Positions 25,579 to 39,100 of a DNA stretch of 64,000 nt are shown piece by piece. The notes under the pieces are model-generated. The model was not told the origin of the DNA. It made no database searches and saw only the letters and a list, made by a program, of their open reading frames with translations. Position 1 is the stretch's first letter, and every line of letters starts with the position of its first letter. Location of the stretch: NCBI GenBank assembly GCA_015680685.1, contig MNCI01002247.1, forward strand, positions 162,330-226,329, in the 5' to 3' direction. The position numbers and the translations under genes were made by a program. Source of the stretch: Gnetum montanum (taxonomy: Eukaryota > Plantae > Gnetophyta).

Positions 25579-26080
25579 TGAAACACCCCAAAAAATTTGA
25601 AGGCATGCTCGCTTCACCAGGTCTTCACAAAATGTGTAGCGTTATAGCAGTTCTTCAGGAGATGGATGCTCTGATCTTCAGATTGTCTGCTTCAGTAAGT
25701 TTTTTTAAGTTAAGGAGTCTTGCTATGCTACGCTACACCTTATAGCGTAGCAAACTTCAAAGGACGATTGCAAAAGCACAGTGCTACACTATGCTGTGCA
25801 GCACAACATAGAAAAAGTTGGACAGTGAGCCCCTTCTCCTGACTCCAAGTCCTTAAGCAATGTCTCCTTCCATCAGAAAGCAGCAAACTTGGCCGAAATT
25901 AGGTCATGTTTGCTACTATGCTACACTAAGCTACATGGCATAGCAAGGCATAGAAATTCTACAGAAGTTGACAGAATGTAATTCAAAGTGCAGGATTAGC
26001 AATTTCACAAAATTTGTAGTGCAAAAGGAAAAGTTTACAGATTGGCGACATTTTTGTGACTAAGGCCAGTCGTTACGCTA
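25579..26080 (+). repeat. 5' LTR of copy D, left part
   Basis: Starts TGAAACACCCC; colinear with 46145-46650. Confidence 0.88.
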
Positions 26081-26950
26081 TGTAGTGACTGAAAAATTTG
26101 GTAGCTAGAAAACACTGAGGGGTTAGCCGGCGTGACAGTTTTGACCCCATACCCACGGGAGGGCCATGCTAGGTGTGTGCAGATACGGGGCACCCTGAAC
26201 AATCTGGTCAATCAAACAGGGACTTAATCAGCATCTATATAGCCTTTTGCAACATATATTTTTGAAAAAGGAATAGAAATGTGGAGTAATGCTTGAAAGT
26301 AAATGAAACAGGAGAAGAAAATAGTGTAAAAACACAACAGTAAGAAGGAAACAGTGTTGAATACGGTTAGAAAAATGCACCACTCCAAATCTGCAAGCTT
26401 GCTCTGTCAGGGCAGATACAGTCGGTTACACAATGTGGTGGAGTGCAAAAATCCCAAGAGTAACTGAGATGTGTAGAGTGAGATAGGTTGCGTTCTTGGG
26501 TGCATCCTTGGGCTTTGAAAATACAAGGATTCTATCAAGGTGGTAGAAAGGGAATAGGACAATATGCCAGCTAAAAGTGCCAACTGTTTGCAGTGTCAAA
26601 TAGAAAGCTTACAATGCTTGATGTTACAATGTGCATGAAAGAAAGCTTGAATGACAGAGTGAATGCCAAGGAGATGAAAAGTCAAGGAATCGGGGAGAAT
26701 TCCTCACTTTTCAAATGTTGTTTCTTGAAAAAAATTTTGAACCTTTTGAATGCCATTTTCCAAAAAATTCCCAATAGCCAAAGATAGTCCAACCATTTGA
26801 GCACTGCTCATTAGGGTATTTATAGGGCTAAAGGGCACGTGAAGGGGGCGGTTTGGATGCCACATGCCCTAGGCCCATGTTGACTTGCTGGTGCCACACA
26901 TGTTGCGTATGATCATTTGACTTGCAAGACCATTGTAATCCAAACCTACT
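26081..26950 (-). repeat. 3' LTR remnant of copy C
   Basis: Colinear with 40667-41540; its U3 half is deleted together with the integrase C-terminus. Confidence 0.9.
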
Positions 26951-29900
26951 GCTGTTAGCTGTGTGGGTCTACATGGTGCTTATGCTGCTGCTTGCTTTGG
27001 TAGTTCTTGATGCGTCTCAGCATCTGCACGTGCTCCTCCTCCACTAAGTCGAGGTTGATGGTTCACAACTCATTGTTCTAGGCTTCACTCATGACATTCG
27101 CAAGGATCATTCGGAGTGATGGTACCTACAACTTAAGAGGCAATACAACTTCATATCCATAAATAAGACTGTAAGGGGTCTTACTTGTTGTAGTTTTGCA
27201 TGTCGTTCGGTAGGCCCAGAGGACGTAGAGGATTTGCTCATGCCACCGTCTCTTGCCGTTGTTTAGCATCCGCTTCAGCAAGTTGATGATGGACTTATTT
27301 GTAGCCTCCGCCTACCCATTCGCCTATGGATAATAAGGGGAATAAAATTATTTTTTAATGCCTAGATTGCTACAGAAGGTTTAGGTTTCTATATTGCTAA
27401 ACTGTGGCCCGTTTTCGGTCATAATAGTCATTGGGAGCCCAAACCTTGTTACGATGTTGTCAAGGATGAAATGGCAGATTTGCTGAGATGTCATATTCCT
27501 CAGGGGAATAACTTCCATCCACTTAGTAAAGTGCTCGGTTGTGGTGATAATGAAGCTATGCCCTGTGGAGGACTTAGGCGTGATAGGCTCTATGAGGTCT
27601 AATCCCCATCGTTGGAAGGGCCACGTGATTTGCATTGGATGTAGGTCTGTAGGCGAGATGTGCACGAGATTTGTGTATCTCTGGCATGTGTCGCATGTCT
27701 TGACTTTCAGTAGGTAGTCATGTTCCATGTGGGGCCAGTAGTACCCTAGGCATATGATCTTGGTAGCCATAGCCCTGGATGCTATGTGCCCACCGCATAG
27801 CCCCTCATGCACTTCATTAAATACCTTTTGTGCTTGCTCGCCACCCATGCATGATAGCAATATCTCATCATAGGAATGTCAGCATAGGGCATCATTTCCC
27901 ATGAGCACGTATTGCCTAGCATGCTTCCGAATTGCATCTCTCTAGGTGGACGTCAATCCTCTTGGGGGTTCACCATGTTGTAGATAAGTTTTAATGTTGG
28001 TATACCACTCCTAGGTATCCACAACACTGACAGAAGCCATGTGTTAAACCTGAGTGATAGGCTCTGCACATTCTATGATCGAGGTTGGTAGGTTCACTAG
28101 GGAATGTGATGGAATGTTTAATGCGAGGGTAGCTAAGGTGTCTACCACGGTGTTCTCGTTGTGTGGCACATCTTGCACATCTGTGGTTGCAAACTACTTA
28201 AGCAATATTTTTGCAAGATCGTAGTAGGGTTGTAGGTGCGTAGCTTTGCAAGCGTAAACCTCGGTGATTTGATTCACAACTAGTTGTAAATCTCCTCAGA
28301 CTACCAAGTGTTGTATGTGTAGTGCTTGGGTAGTTAAGAGGCCTTTGAGTAGCCCCTCATATTTAGCCATGTTGTTGGTGCATGGGAATGCAAATCAATA
28401 AGCAGATGGATGCATTTCCCTAGAGGGGAATGTGATTATGGCAGTGGCACTACCTCCTTGTGTGGTTGAGGCATCGTCAAAATGTAAGATGGCTTTGAAA
28501 TGCGATGGGATGATGTTGACATTGCTAACGTATTCGTCCAGGAATTTGGGGTCTATGGTTTCCTGGTTGTTGACTGGCGAGGCCATGAGTTGGGTCACTA
28601 TGGCTTGACCCTTTGTCGATGATTGACTTACATAGCGTAGATCGAACTCTGCAGTTATTGCTTTCCATCATGCTATCCTGCTACTTTCGTATAAGTTGTT
28701 AGTGATAGCTTGGAGTATATTGCTCTTGCAGATGATGTTGGTTGTACTGCAAAATAGGTAATGCTACCACTTTTTTAGTGCGAACACTAAGGCTAGGAAA
28801 TTCCTCTCCACTTTGTTGTACTTTTCCTTGTGTGCTATTAGCACATGACTCAGATAATACATCGGTATCTTAGAACCATCGTCTCGTTTCTGACATAGCA
28901 GTGTTGCGACAGATGTGTCAGAGGTGGTGAGGTAGACAAAGAAGGGTTTATCCCTTTGTGGCAGATGCATAGTTAGGAGGTGTGAGAGTTCCTTCTTTAG
29001 ATCATCAAAGGCTTGTTGGCACTGGGTCGTCCATTTGAAGTTAACCCCTTTCTTCAAAAGATGTTGCATGGGGTGTAACTTTTCGGTCAACCTTGCTATA
29101 AACCTTCAAATGAATTGCACTCTACCTTGTAAACCACATAGCTCCTTAAGGTTTGTGGGAGGTGCTAGGTTGATGATGGCCTTGACTTTTTCAGGGTCCA
29201 CCCATATTCTAGCCTTTGATACTATGAACCCTAACATGCATCCATTTTTTACCCCGAAGACGCACTTCTTAGGATTGAGGCGTAAGTCATGCATTTGGTA
29301 GCATTTGAGGACTACCCCTAGATTGCATGGGTGATCAGCTGCCTTCTTGGACTTGATTGCTATATCATCCACATAGTCATTTAGTGTTTCTAGGATTTAA
29401 TCATTGAAAATGTAAGTCATGGCTTGCTGGTAGGGTGCTCTAGCATTCTTGAGCCCTAAAGGCATCATGGTATAGTAGAAGGTCCCCCATGGGGTCATGA
29501 AGGTTGTTGATAGTTGGTGCTCTAGGTTAATGCAAATTTGGTTGTATCTGGAAAAACCATCCATGAAGGATAGCAAAGCATGACTAGTCGTGGTGTCAAT
29601 GAGTTGATTGATACTTAGGAGTGGGAATTTATCTTTGATCGTTGCCTTGTTCAAGTCTTGAAAGTCTATACAAATCCATATTCCCCCCGTTTTCTTCAAA
29701 ACCACAACGATGTTGGATACCCACACTGAATAGTTGGCTGCATGGATGAAACCTACTTGGTATAGCTTGGTGATTTCATCCCTCATGGCCAGTGCAATTT
29801 CTAGCTTAACTTTTTGAGCCTTCTGCTTAACAGCCTTCACGTGTGGGTCTAGGACGATGTTGTGCTAAATCAATCATGGATCCAGACCCAGCATCTCACT

Positions 29901-30236
29901 GTATGACCATGCGAAGAAATTGATGTTGTCTTGAAAAAATTTGGCTACATTTTTGTGCATTTGCATGTCTATAAGAGACCTGAGTTTCAATGTTTTTACC
30001 TCCCCCTTTGATGTGGTCACAAGCATCTCGATGAGAGGATCCTTGGTTACATCCCCAACCTCTAAGTCTAGGGCTTGGACCAGATGCTTGGGCCAATCTG
30101 GGGATGCTTTTAAGGCTTCTATAGTGTTAGTTGTGGTCGACCCCTAGTCGATCATGTCAGGGTTCAACTGTCTCGCAAGCTAGCCCTATGGCCCTGCTAA
30201 CGTTAAAGGCATGGAAAGGTCATGATGGATTCCCAT
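26951..30236 (-). pseudogene. pol: Degenerate pol of copy C (RT-RH-aRH-INT, C-terminally deleted)
   Basis: ORFs 29397-29840 and 29106-29372 (RT, YVDD), 28764-29090 (RH), 28395-28598 (aRH), 27381-27860 (HHCC and integrase core). Confidence 0.95.
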
Positions 30237-30374
30237 CTCTCGATTAACCTACCATCATATGATGAAAGCCTAGTTAAGAGGCATCTATTTGGCAGAGGTT
30301 GCGTGTAACGAAAGTTTGTAAAGCAGCGACGAGATGCAACTTGTGAAGCGTGATGATGTAAAGGTTGCAAGTTT

Positions 30375-30830
30375 GCCAGTTTAAGGTCATGGTAGACCAT
30401 TAAGGCATAAGAGTGGAGAATTGCTAAAGATGTAAGACTGCTGACGTAAAATGTGAAACTGCAAAACTATCGATATGTGAATGCCAAGCTACTATTTTAG
30501 TGTCTTTTCGGATTGCCAAATTGTGACATGCAAAATTTTATCATGCAAAATAATAATATGCGAAACCAAAAACTTTGAGTATGAGAAGTACCAAACTGTT
30601 AATGTGCAAATACAAACTGTAGTCATGAAAATGTGAAATTGCTAGAAATTGTGATACTACCCATGTGGAAGAAGATGTGAAAACTGCTGATGTAAGCACG
30701 CTGCATTGTTAGTTTAATGTCATTATGGACTGCAAATGAAACAGGTTGAAATTGCTAGTTTAGGGTCTTTTCAGATCGGTAGGGGTGCAACTATGCTAGG
30801 ATTTCTAGTTTAAGGTCTTTTTGAACCCTC
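30375..30830 (-). repeat. Stem-loop motif array upstream of pol, copy C
   Basis: Minus strand ggtctaccatgaccttaaactggc, agtccataatgacattaaacta, ggttcaaaaagaccttaaacta. Confidence 0.75.
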
Positions 30831-30842
30831 AATCAAAAAGAA

Positions 30843-30849
30843 ATATATA

Positions 30850-30881
<32 letters not shown>
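30843..30881. repeat. (TA)n microsatellite
   Basis: Nearly pure atatat run. Confidence 0.9.
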
Positions 30882-31025
30882 TGGGAAGGCAAGTAGCTAG
30901 CTTGAAGCATGTTAAGGCTTTAATGCTAATAGTGTTATGATGTCATGGTGAGCATGCTACATTGTTCAGCATGCTCCACATTAATCGGAAAGAGAGAGGC
31001 AAGTTTCCCCATCTTGGCATTACAA

Positions 31026-31050
31026 CCATAAATAGGGGTTAAACCCTAGC
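31026..31050 (+). promoter_or_regulatory. TATA-like box plus telo-box-like AAACCCTA, antisense gene promoter of copy C
   Basis: ccataaataggggttaaaccctagc, conserved with copy A, ~155 nt before ATG 31186. Confidence 0.6.
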
Positions 31051-31185
31051 AATTTCACTACTTTCATCATAAGAGTACAGAGACCACATTGTAGCACAAG
31101 GCAATTTTGGAGCATGAAGCAATTGTGTTAATCGACTAGTAAGGTGAATTTTATAGCGAAAGGTGTAAATATGTAAGCAAAAAAA

Positions 31186-34100
31186 ATGGCTCCTAAGACT
31201 CATTTGGCACTTGCAAGGGTTGAGGAGGTGAAGAAGGCCCTAGAGCGCAAGCCACAAGTATGTGTTGCGGCGCAGAAGAGCACGCCGTTGATCCAGTAAG
31301 TTATTATGTCTCCTTTGCATCTTTGTTTTGCACTTTCTATTGTTCTTTGCTCTTGTTTTGCATCCTATTTGTTTTGTGTTCATTCTTGGCTACCTATGAT
31401 TTTTCTGTGGTTGCATCATTTTAGTCTTTGCATCACCACTATCGTCGTCTTGGTCGTGGCAGATGCATAAACGTTACGTTACGGTTGCATGCCAGGCCAC
31501 TAAAACCACCACCATCATGGTTGTCATAATCGTAGGGGTTGGGGGCAGTTTAAGTTACTTGATCCTAGCATGTTGTAACACAAAACCCCTGGGAGGGCTA
31601 GGCTATGTATGGTGTGGCAACACAACATGTCTTTTATTAGAGCATATTGTCAATTGTTTTATTACTATGCTAGGCTTATTTACATGTTCTTGCTATGTTA
31701 GGATTTCATGCCCTTGCTACTCTATGTATGGGCAGAGGGTCAAGCTACGTTGTGTACATGAATTGCAAGACTTTTCTACATTGTGCATGTATTTTTTTTA
31801 AGTATGACACTAACATTCACTGATTGCATCATGAAGGGTGGGGCCGAGGTCCAGGCTGATCATTCTGGACATTAGAGGGGTCCAGTGCCATGTGAGCAAG
31901 CCTATGGCCAACACCCCTCCTCCCTAGATACGTATGGAAGAGAAAGGGGTTTGGTTTAGGAGTGGGACATGGGACTTCTTACAATTTCTTCTCGACCACT
32001 TTAGTGTGATCGTTTGGTCCTCCCTAGAGGAGGTGGAGGCATCTGGCATAAGAAAGGCCATGCTGCCTGGGGCAAGTCGCAATGTTTTGAGATATTTTTA
32101 CTGATGGGGCAATCATGAGTGAGCAGGGAGAGGTATCTAGCCAACGCTCAATAGGTTTAAGGTGTTTGGCCTAGATCTGGGGCATGCCTGAATACAACTG
32201 CTACCATAAGTACAATACATTGTTCCTCGCACATTACATGGCGATGTGCTTTCAAAACCCTTAGGGGACTGTCTATTGTGCCAGTGGGTGAGTCTTGCAA
32301 GCTTTTCCCACTATTTTATGTAACACTGGCCATATTGGCCAAATGCTAAGAGTATGTGTTTGTCACTAGTTTTTTTATCGATGATGACGGGGTTCACGAC
32401 CGATCGGGTCTACTGGCTACAGCGCAGCTAGCCCTGCAAGAGCTCTCTTCTATCAAGAACTTGCGGGCAGGTGTGATCAATCAGTGTGGGGGGGGAGGAG
32501 GGGGGGAATACCATACCTACCCACACACATTTCATATTCTCTACAATTAGTGTAAGGAGAAGGGTTGGCTAGATAGGGAGTGGGAAGAACCCTTCAAGCC
32601 AGTCACGGTTGAATAGGCCATGATGGTTGAACTCCCATTGTTCCCTTTACCATATAGACCTGGTGGGTTGAATAGTAAGTGTCGCATGCTTAAGCTTTTT
32701 TGCGATCCATGTATTTTCTAGTATCGTTATGCTAAGCATGTTTCATGGAAACTGTTGTGGGGGCAAAGAAGCCCTAGGAGGTGATAGTGGTAACCGCCGA
32801 GACACAGGGGGCAAGCATCTACTTCAAATATGGTGAAGTAGTAGCGAGCTAGTGCTGGTTGGACCAAAGGGCCCTAGAATCCTTAGTCAAGAACATCCAA
32901 AAGGTAGGGCTTATGGATCTATTCATGGCCTTGAATTCAAGCATTTTGGCCATTGAGATGCTTTCCCTAGTCAACCCTTTTTCTGAGAGGGTGGGCCATT
33001 TTCACGTGCATGTTTGGGATGTGTGGGTGGTCATTGAAATTAATGACCAACTATTTATGGACCTGTTTGGTGTTCCTGCTAATGGCGTTCCCATAGGGTT
33101 GAGGTGCAAGCAGGAGTTGACCCTCATGAAGAAGGATATCGAGGAGTGGCTGCAGCTCATTAAGGAGTGAAAAGGGTTCCCCATGGATAAGCTTGAGAGT
33201 GGACCCACCATGGAGATCTACCCTGTCTTCCGTGCTCACGCATTCCCCCAATTGCTCACCGAAGGGAAGGTCCTAGGGCTCGAGCAAGCTTGGATAATGC
33301 GAGAGGTTATGGAAGAAGGGGCCTATTATAACTAGGCCAACTTCCTATGTAAGGGCTTCCAAGCTGAGATTTTTGGACTCCGTGAAAAAACAGAGTCCCA
33401 CTCCAACATACACTATGCCTTATACATAGGGTGTTTGAAGAGCTTCGTAGAGTTTTTGGTGGTTCAAGAGAATGGAGCCTAGGCAATGCGAGATCGCAAC
33501 TAGATTTCCAAGCCATGGATTTGGAAAATCCTTCAGACCATGGGAGCCCAAGATCCCCCAGAAATGGTCAGGAAGTCATTGTCTGTAACGACTAAAAATC
33601 TAGTGGCTCACAGTGTTCGTGGCCAGGACAGCATAGGAGAGATGTCCCCTACTATAGCTGATAGCGTGACAGAGGGGGAATGTCTCATAGCTGAGACTGT
33701 GCCCAAGGAGATGCGAAGGAAGAGACCTCCCCTAGCTAGGGAAACCCTTAGGAGGGACGAAGACTGCGGCTTAAGTTGCAGAGGACACAACCCCCCATTG
33801 GTAAACATTTTTGTGTAATGCTTTCTTTGCTACTGTTTGCTACGTTATACTGTGCTAGGTGGTGTAGCGTAGCGTGGCATCTGCTTTGAGCTAATTTACT
33901 TTGAACCAAAAGAAACATGCTTCTTTGCTAGTAGAGGAAGAAGAAGAAGAAGAAGAAGGCGATGAAGAAGTTTCAGCCCTCAAGATGAGGGTGACGAAAA
34001 ACGACACGGAGGCCCCAATCTCAGAGAAAAGGGCCCTGGTTAAAAATAAGGGAGATCCTGTTTCTAAGGCAGGGGCTCTTGTCATTAGGGAGCCTTCTAT

Positions 34101-35618
34101 CAATGAAGAGGCACCTTCCTTAAATAAAAACAATGCTAGTCTCCTGAAGGAAAAGGTACTAGCGCATGAGGAGGGGGCTTGTATGGACTTAGTAGGGTCC
34201 TCCACCAAGGCTACCACCATTGTCTTGCATCAACAAGAAGAGAGACCGTAGCTGGACGCTGGTGAGTTTGGTGATATGCCTACCTCATTGTAATCCATTT
34301 TGGCCATTGCTGATATGCTTAGCCATGTAATAAGTGCTACTGTTGATGTCGTAGGACCTTCTCTGGTCCATGCGGAGTCAAGGGTCGAGATCCCTAACAA
34401 GTTTACATTCGTGTAGGGACTTGTCAATGACATGAGCAAGTGCCTTCAGCAAGCAAACCTTGACACGGGTAAGTAGCAGTATTAAATGTTCCTATGTGGT
34501 TATGTTAAATACTTTTGAGTTTGTTGATTTTTTCTATGCTAACGTGATTTCTATGCTCTTCGTATTCACATAGCCTCTCGGCTCAAATGGGACCTGGCAT
34601 GACCCATGAAAGTCGGTGTCATGCCTACACTCTCACCTGATGTGACCCAAGTGCCTCGTCACGTGTTTGATGAGGCTCACAAGTACGTCTTGCACTCAGC
34701 ATGCTCTCTGTGGGAGTATAAGCACATCAATGAGGACCTGTGGAAGCAGGTCCAAAGGGCTAAGTAAAGAGAGGCCAAATTGGTGATTGATGTGGAGGAT
34801 CTTAGGTCAAGGAATGAGTTCCTCGCAAACTATAACCCTGATGCTGAGGATTGGCGCAAGGCTATGGATGATTACGCTAGATTTTGGACTATTTTTCATT
34901 AGAACGTTGAATCTACTTACAAGATAGTCGAACAAAAAATGCAGATGGAGTTGCTAACCCAAAAATGTTAAGACATGAAAGATATCAGTGCCAAGGTTTT
35001 CGAATGGGGGTGAACCTAGAGAAACCACAAACATGTGTACAAGCTGGAGAACGACACCCATCGAAAGCTGTATAAAGATGCTATTGTGGAGGCATTCACG
35101 TACAAAGAATTCATGAATGCCATCGACGCTTCTGAGGCCTACACTACGTTCAAAGAGTAGGTGAAGGTTACAGAATCTCCTGACTTGAAAGTGGACCTTC
35201 CTACAGGAGAGACTAAAACCACCTCCCTTTCCCTAGGACCTCCAAGATGGATGACCATGGAAAGGGAGAGGGCCACCGCTGTGAATGCTAAACCTAACAA
35301 CAGGCACTGGATGGACATCATGATAGAGGAGATCTAGTGTCGCCTTAGGCTTGGTCTAGACCAGATACCCTTTGAGATCGACGCAGGAACTTCTCAAGTT
35401 AGTCGTTTTACTATGTAGATGCTCATACTATGTTACAGTTTGCATTTATTACCTTAACTAACTACTTCATTCCTACAATGTTGACTCCAGGTGAGGGTGC
35501 AAGGCTCGTAGAGAGAGGGAATGAAGAACCGGTAGAAGGAAACGTAGGGGAGGATGATGCACAAGCAGATGAAGCGGAGGCAAATAGCAAGGATGGTGCA
35601 AATAGAGATGACCCATGA
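31186..35618 (+). pseudogene. Antisense multi-exon accessory gene of copy C
   Basis: MAPKTHLALARVEEVKKALE then donor GTAAGT (31296); FCP1-like exon ~31830-32287; exon from 32370 (FFIDDDGVHD); PMD-like exon ~32760-33800; poly-Glu exon; coiled-coil/LGPPRWMT exon; last exon ending TGA at 35618 with AATAAA near 35710. Confidence 0.82.
31830..32287 (+). pseudogene. FCP1/SCP (NIF) HAD-phosphatase-like exon, copy C
   Basis: RLIILDIRGVQCHV...VWFRSGTWDFLQFLLDHFSVIVWSSL...YHKYNTLFLAHYMAMCFQNP; ends at donor GG|GTGAGT. Confidence 0.68.
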
Positions 35619-35789
35619 CAGCATGGGATTTTTTAAAAAAATTTTGCAGATTTTGTAAATACTGAAATTTTGAAATTTTTGTGAATATTTCCAACAAGCG
35701 AAAGTTTTGAATAAAATGAAACACTTTAGAAAAGAAACTAATTTTGCATTAGCTTGTACATCATGTAAAATTTTCATGCTCTCGTATGT

Positions 35790-36062
35790 TGGTTTTAGGC
35801 CATTACGGGCCATTGCTAGTTTTAGGCTGTTTCAGGCCATTGCGTAACATGCCGGAAGGATTATGTATTAGCCAAGTGAAAAGCGACAATGTTAGTTTTA
35901 GGCCATTTCGGGCCATTGCCAAAAGAGATAGTACATAAATAAAGAAAAAAGCGATGATCCTAATTTTAGGCCATTTCAAGCCATAGCGTAGCATGCCAGA
36001 AGGGAGGCATGTTAACAAAGTAGAAAGCAACAATGCTAGTTTTTGGCCATTTCGAGCCATAG
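35790..36062 (-). repeat. Stem-loop motif array after gag-PR, copy C
   Basis: Minus strand atggcccgaaatggcctaaaacta; 5 units. Confidence 0.85.
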
Positions 36063-36149
36063 CATAGCATGCCAAAATGATGGCATGTTAACAAAGTAGA
36101 AAGAAATGATGTACAAAGGATGAAAACTAGGCAGGAAGTAATAAGGTTG

Positions 36150-39100
36150 CTACGCTATGTGTAACTGCCTCTTGACCCATCATGGGTTGATCAGAACGTA
36201 AAGCTAAGGTATTTTGCCAAGGCCCTCGTTCACATAATCATCCTCTGCTTGGAAGGGCAACTCAACCCATGTGTTTTTGATTTTGGAGTCAGCTCACTAG
36301 GTTGATCCTTCCGTTGGATGCTTAATGCATGCATGAGCAGGCGTTTCATTTGTAGAGGTTGTGACCTTTGAACCCCGCTCCATGTCTATGTTACTAATCG
36401 CTTACATTACTACCTTGTCACCATGGATCACCACCTCCCTACTTACGTATGGTAAGTGGATTTCTTGGTGTATAGGTGAGGATACTACCCTAAGTTGTGC
36501 CAACCATAATCTTCCCAAGATCAAATTAAACTCGGGCATTTCCTCGACCACAATGAACGTTGCGTCTGTGGGGAACTGGTCCCCTCCTACGAAGCTTATG
36601 TGAACTGTGCCCTTCACTAGGACACGTGCCTCATTGAAGGACCTTAGACACGACATTGCTGTGCATTTGATCTAGTCAACCAATCCAAACTTGTCCACAA
36701 TAGGGAATGGAATGACGTTTGTGGCAGCCCCATCATCAACGTGTACCCTTTAGATCTAGTGTTGGCCAACCCGAATTATGATGAAGAGAGGCACCGTAGT
36801 TACCTAACCCCCTTCGGGGTCTTCCCTGATGGTGTTATCATGGAAAGTCAATTGAGGTGTCGAGGACTCCGCAGGTACAGAGGGAAGCATGACCAAATGG
36901 ATCGCTCCCTCTTTCCCTGACATGTTCTTATTGACTGGAACCATCGTTAACATGCAGATTAGAGCCTCGCGGTGGGGTACAGATGTCATGATTAGGTTGT
37001 ACAAGCTCAATGTAGCATTTTTCTACTTTATAGCTTACTTGACCTAGGTGAGGGTGTCTAGAAGGTCTTGGCCGCCCCCTTGTTTGACGCTTTCCTCCTC
37101 TTTGATTCATCCCAGAAGACGAATCTCCCGAGGAGAGGTGACTTCAGATCTGGGTCCAGATCCTTGTTGGCAAGGTGATGTAGGTTATGTAGTCATGTCA
37201 ACCTTCTTCTTTGAGGGCAAAGTTGTAGATGCAAGGGGTGAAGACGTAGGTTTGGGGATACCTTTGATGGTATTTCCCTTTGACATCTTGTTCAGCCGGT
37301 GGACTTCTCACCTTGCAGAGCGAGAAGGTTATTTAGCTTTGTTTCATGAGATAGGGGCTGCCGAGGGCATCAGCCCCCTGATGACAAATGGGGCTAGAGG
37401 TGTTAACTATCGGGGCTACATGGCCCCACTAATAGGTGGTGCAAAGGTGGGTGCTCATGGTGGGACTTTCAAGATGAAAGGCTGCTGTGGACTTGGGCTA
37501 ACCACTGGTGGTGCTGGTGCACTATGCAGGGGTAGATGGATCATGAATGGCTAGCTGGGTGGCCTAGGATCATTGTCAATGCTGATAGCATTGATGACAT
37601 AAATGGCATTTTTGGCATTGAGGGGATTAGTGTAGACATACATAGATTGGTTTTTAGGGTGCACTAGGTTACTTTCATCTAGCACCAGTTTCCCCAGGTC
37701 GATTAATCTTTGGATGTCGTCCTGCAATGACAAAAAATAATTCGTGTTGTGACCACACTGTTGGTGGTAATCACAAAACTTGTCTAGCCTAAAACCCTTA
37801 GGAACTAGTTGGGTAGGGCCAAGGAGGGATTCCTAAGAAGCTCGCAGTAGCGTTGATGTCTTACATTTTCCTCTTCCTACATATGCTTATGTTAGATGTA
37901 TCCCACTTTCAAGAGTTTCTTCAGAAGCTTTGAAGACTTTAGAGGCAGTGGGGTGTACTTTGAGTGGTCTTTGCACTCAAAGTTGGGTTTGGGTTGTGCA
38001 GGTGCGATAGGTTGCAGCACGTGGCCCGGTTTGGGCGTAGGGTTAGCCACTTGTGTGGTCGATTTCTTGCTGTTCTTACTACTATTGTTGCTAGGTTTGG
38101 GCTTGGCCTCAATCATCATAGTAGCCACCATGGTTGTTGGGGCTTTCCTTTTTCCTTCTTTGCAAAGGTGCTCTTGTAAGTGATGTAGGCCAGGTCTCTA
38201 CTTGCCTCGGCCGCATCCTATATATTCTTAGTTTGAGTGAAAGCTTGACTAAGAGAGCCAGAAGCAAGGTAGTACAGTTTGGACTTGATGAAGTTGTTCA
38301 CTGCATCCTTAAAGACGGCCAGCAAGTGGGCTTCTATGATGGGCTCGTGGATTTCGTTAAGGGTTGTGCTCCAACATTGAATAAAGTTTTGGATTGGTTC
38401 TAGCGGGTCTTGCTTCATGCTCATCAGCTGCTCCAACGTGGTTTCTGGCTTTAAGTTGTACTTGAAGCGTGTCATGAACTGGGTCAACAGCTCTTCCAAA
38501 GTTGAAATGAATGAGCATGGCAATGTGCAGTACCAATCTAGGGCTTTCCCAACTAGGGACATGGTGAAGACACGAATGATCATGGGCAGCCATTGTTGCA
38601 ATAGCAAAGACTCAAACTTAAAGGTAAGAAGATGTGTATTGGGATCTCCCTCCCCATTGTACTTCATGAAGTGGGGAAGAGACATCCTTGGGGGTAATGT
38701 AAAAATGGGGACTGTAGGGATAACAGGGTTGTCCTGGTAAAAGTCCATGACTTGTACCATGTCGGACTCAACAGCTTTGAGGCATTTTATTTCCTCAGTG
38801 AGGGTCTAGATGAGCTGGAATGCTTGATCCAGACCCAGTGATGTTGTAGATGGCTGGGGAGCTACGAGGGTAGCTCCCACTTGTAGTATGGTGAGGGTGG
38901 TGGCCTAACCCATTGGTGGTACCTTTGGGATGACCCCCACGAATGGTTCTACCTATGTTTTCCACCACTCAGTAGGTGGTGTTGTTAAGGCAGCGATCGT
39001 AGGTTGGGCTGCTGGGTAGATTTCTTGTGTCGTTGGTAGCGTGAACCATAGTCCCATGCTAGGTTGTACCATCTACAAGGCTTGGTGGGCTTGGGAACGG

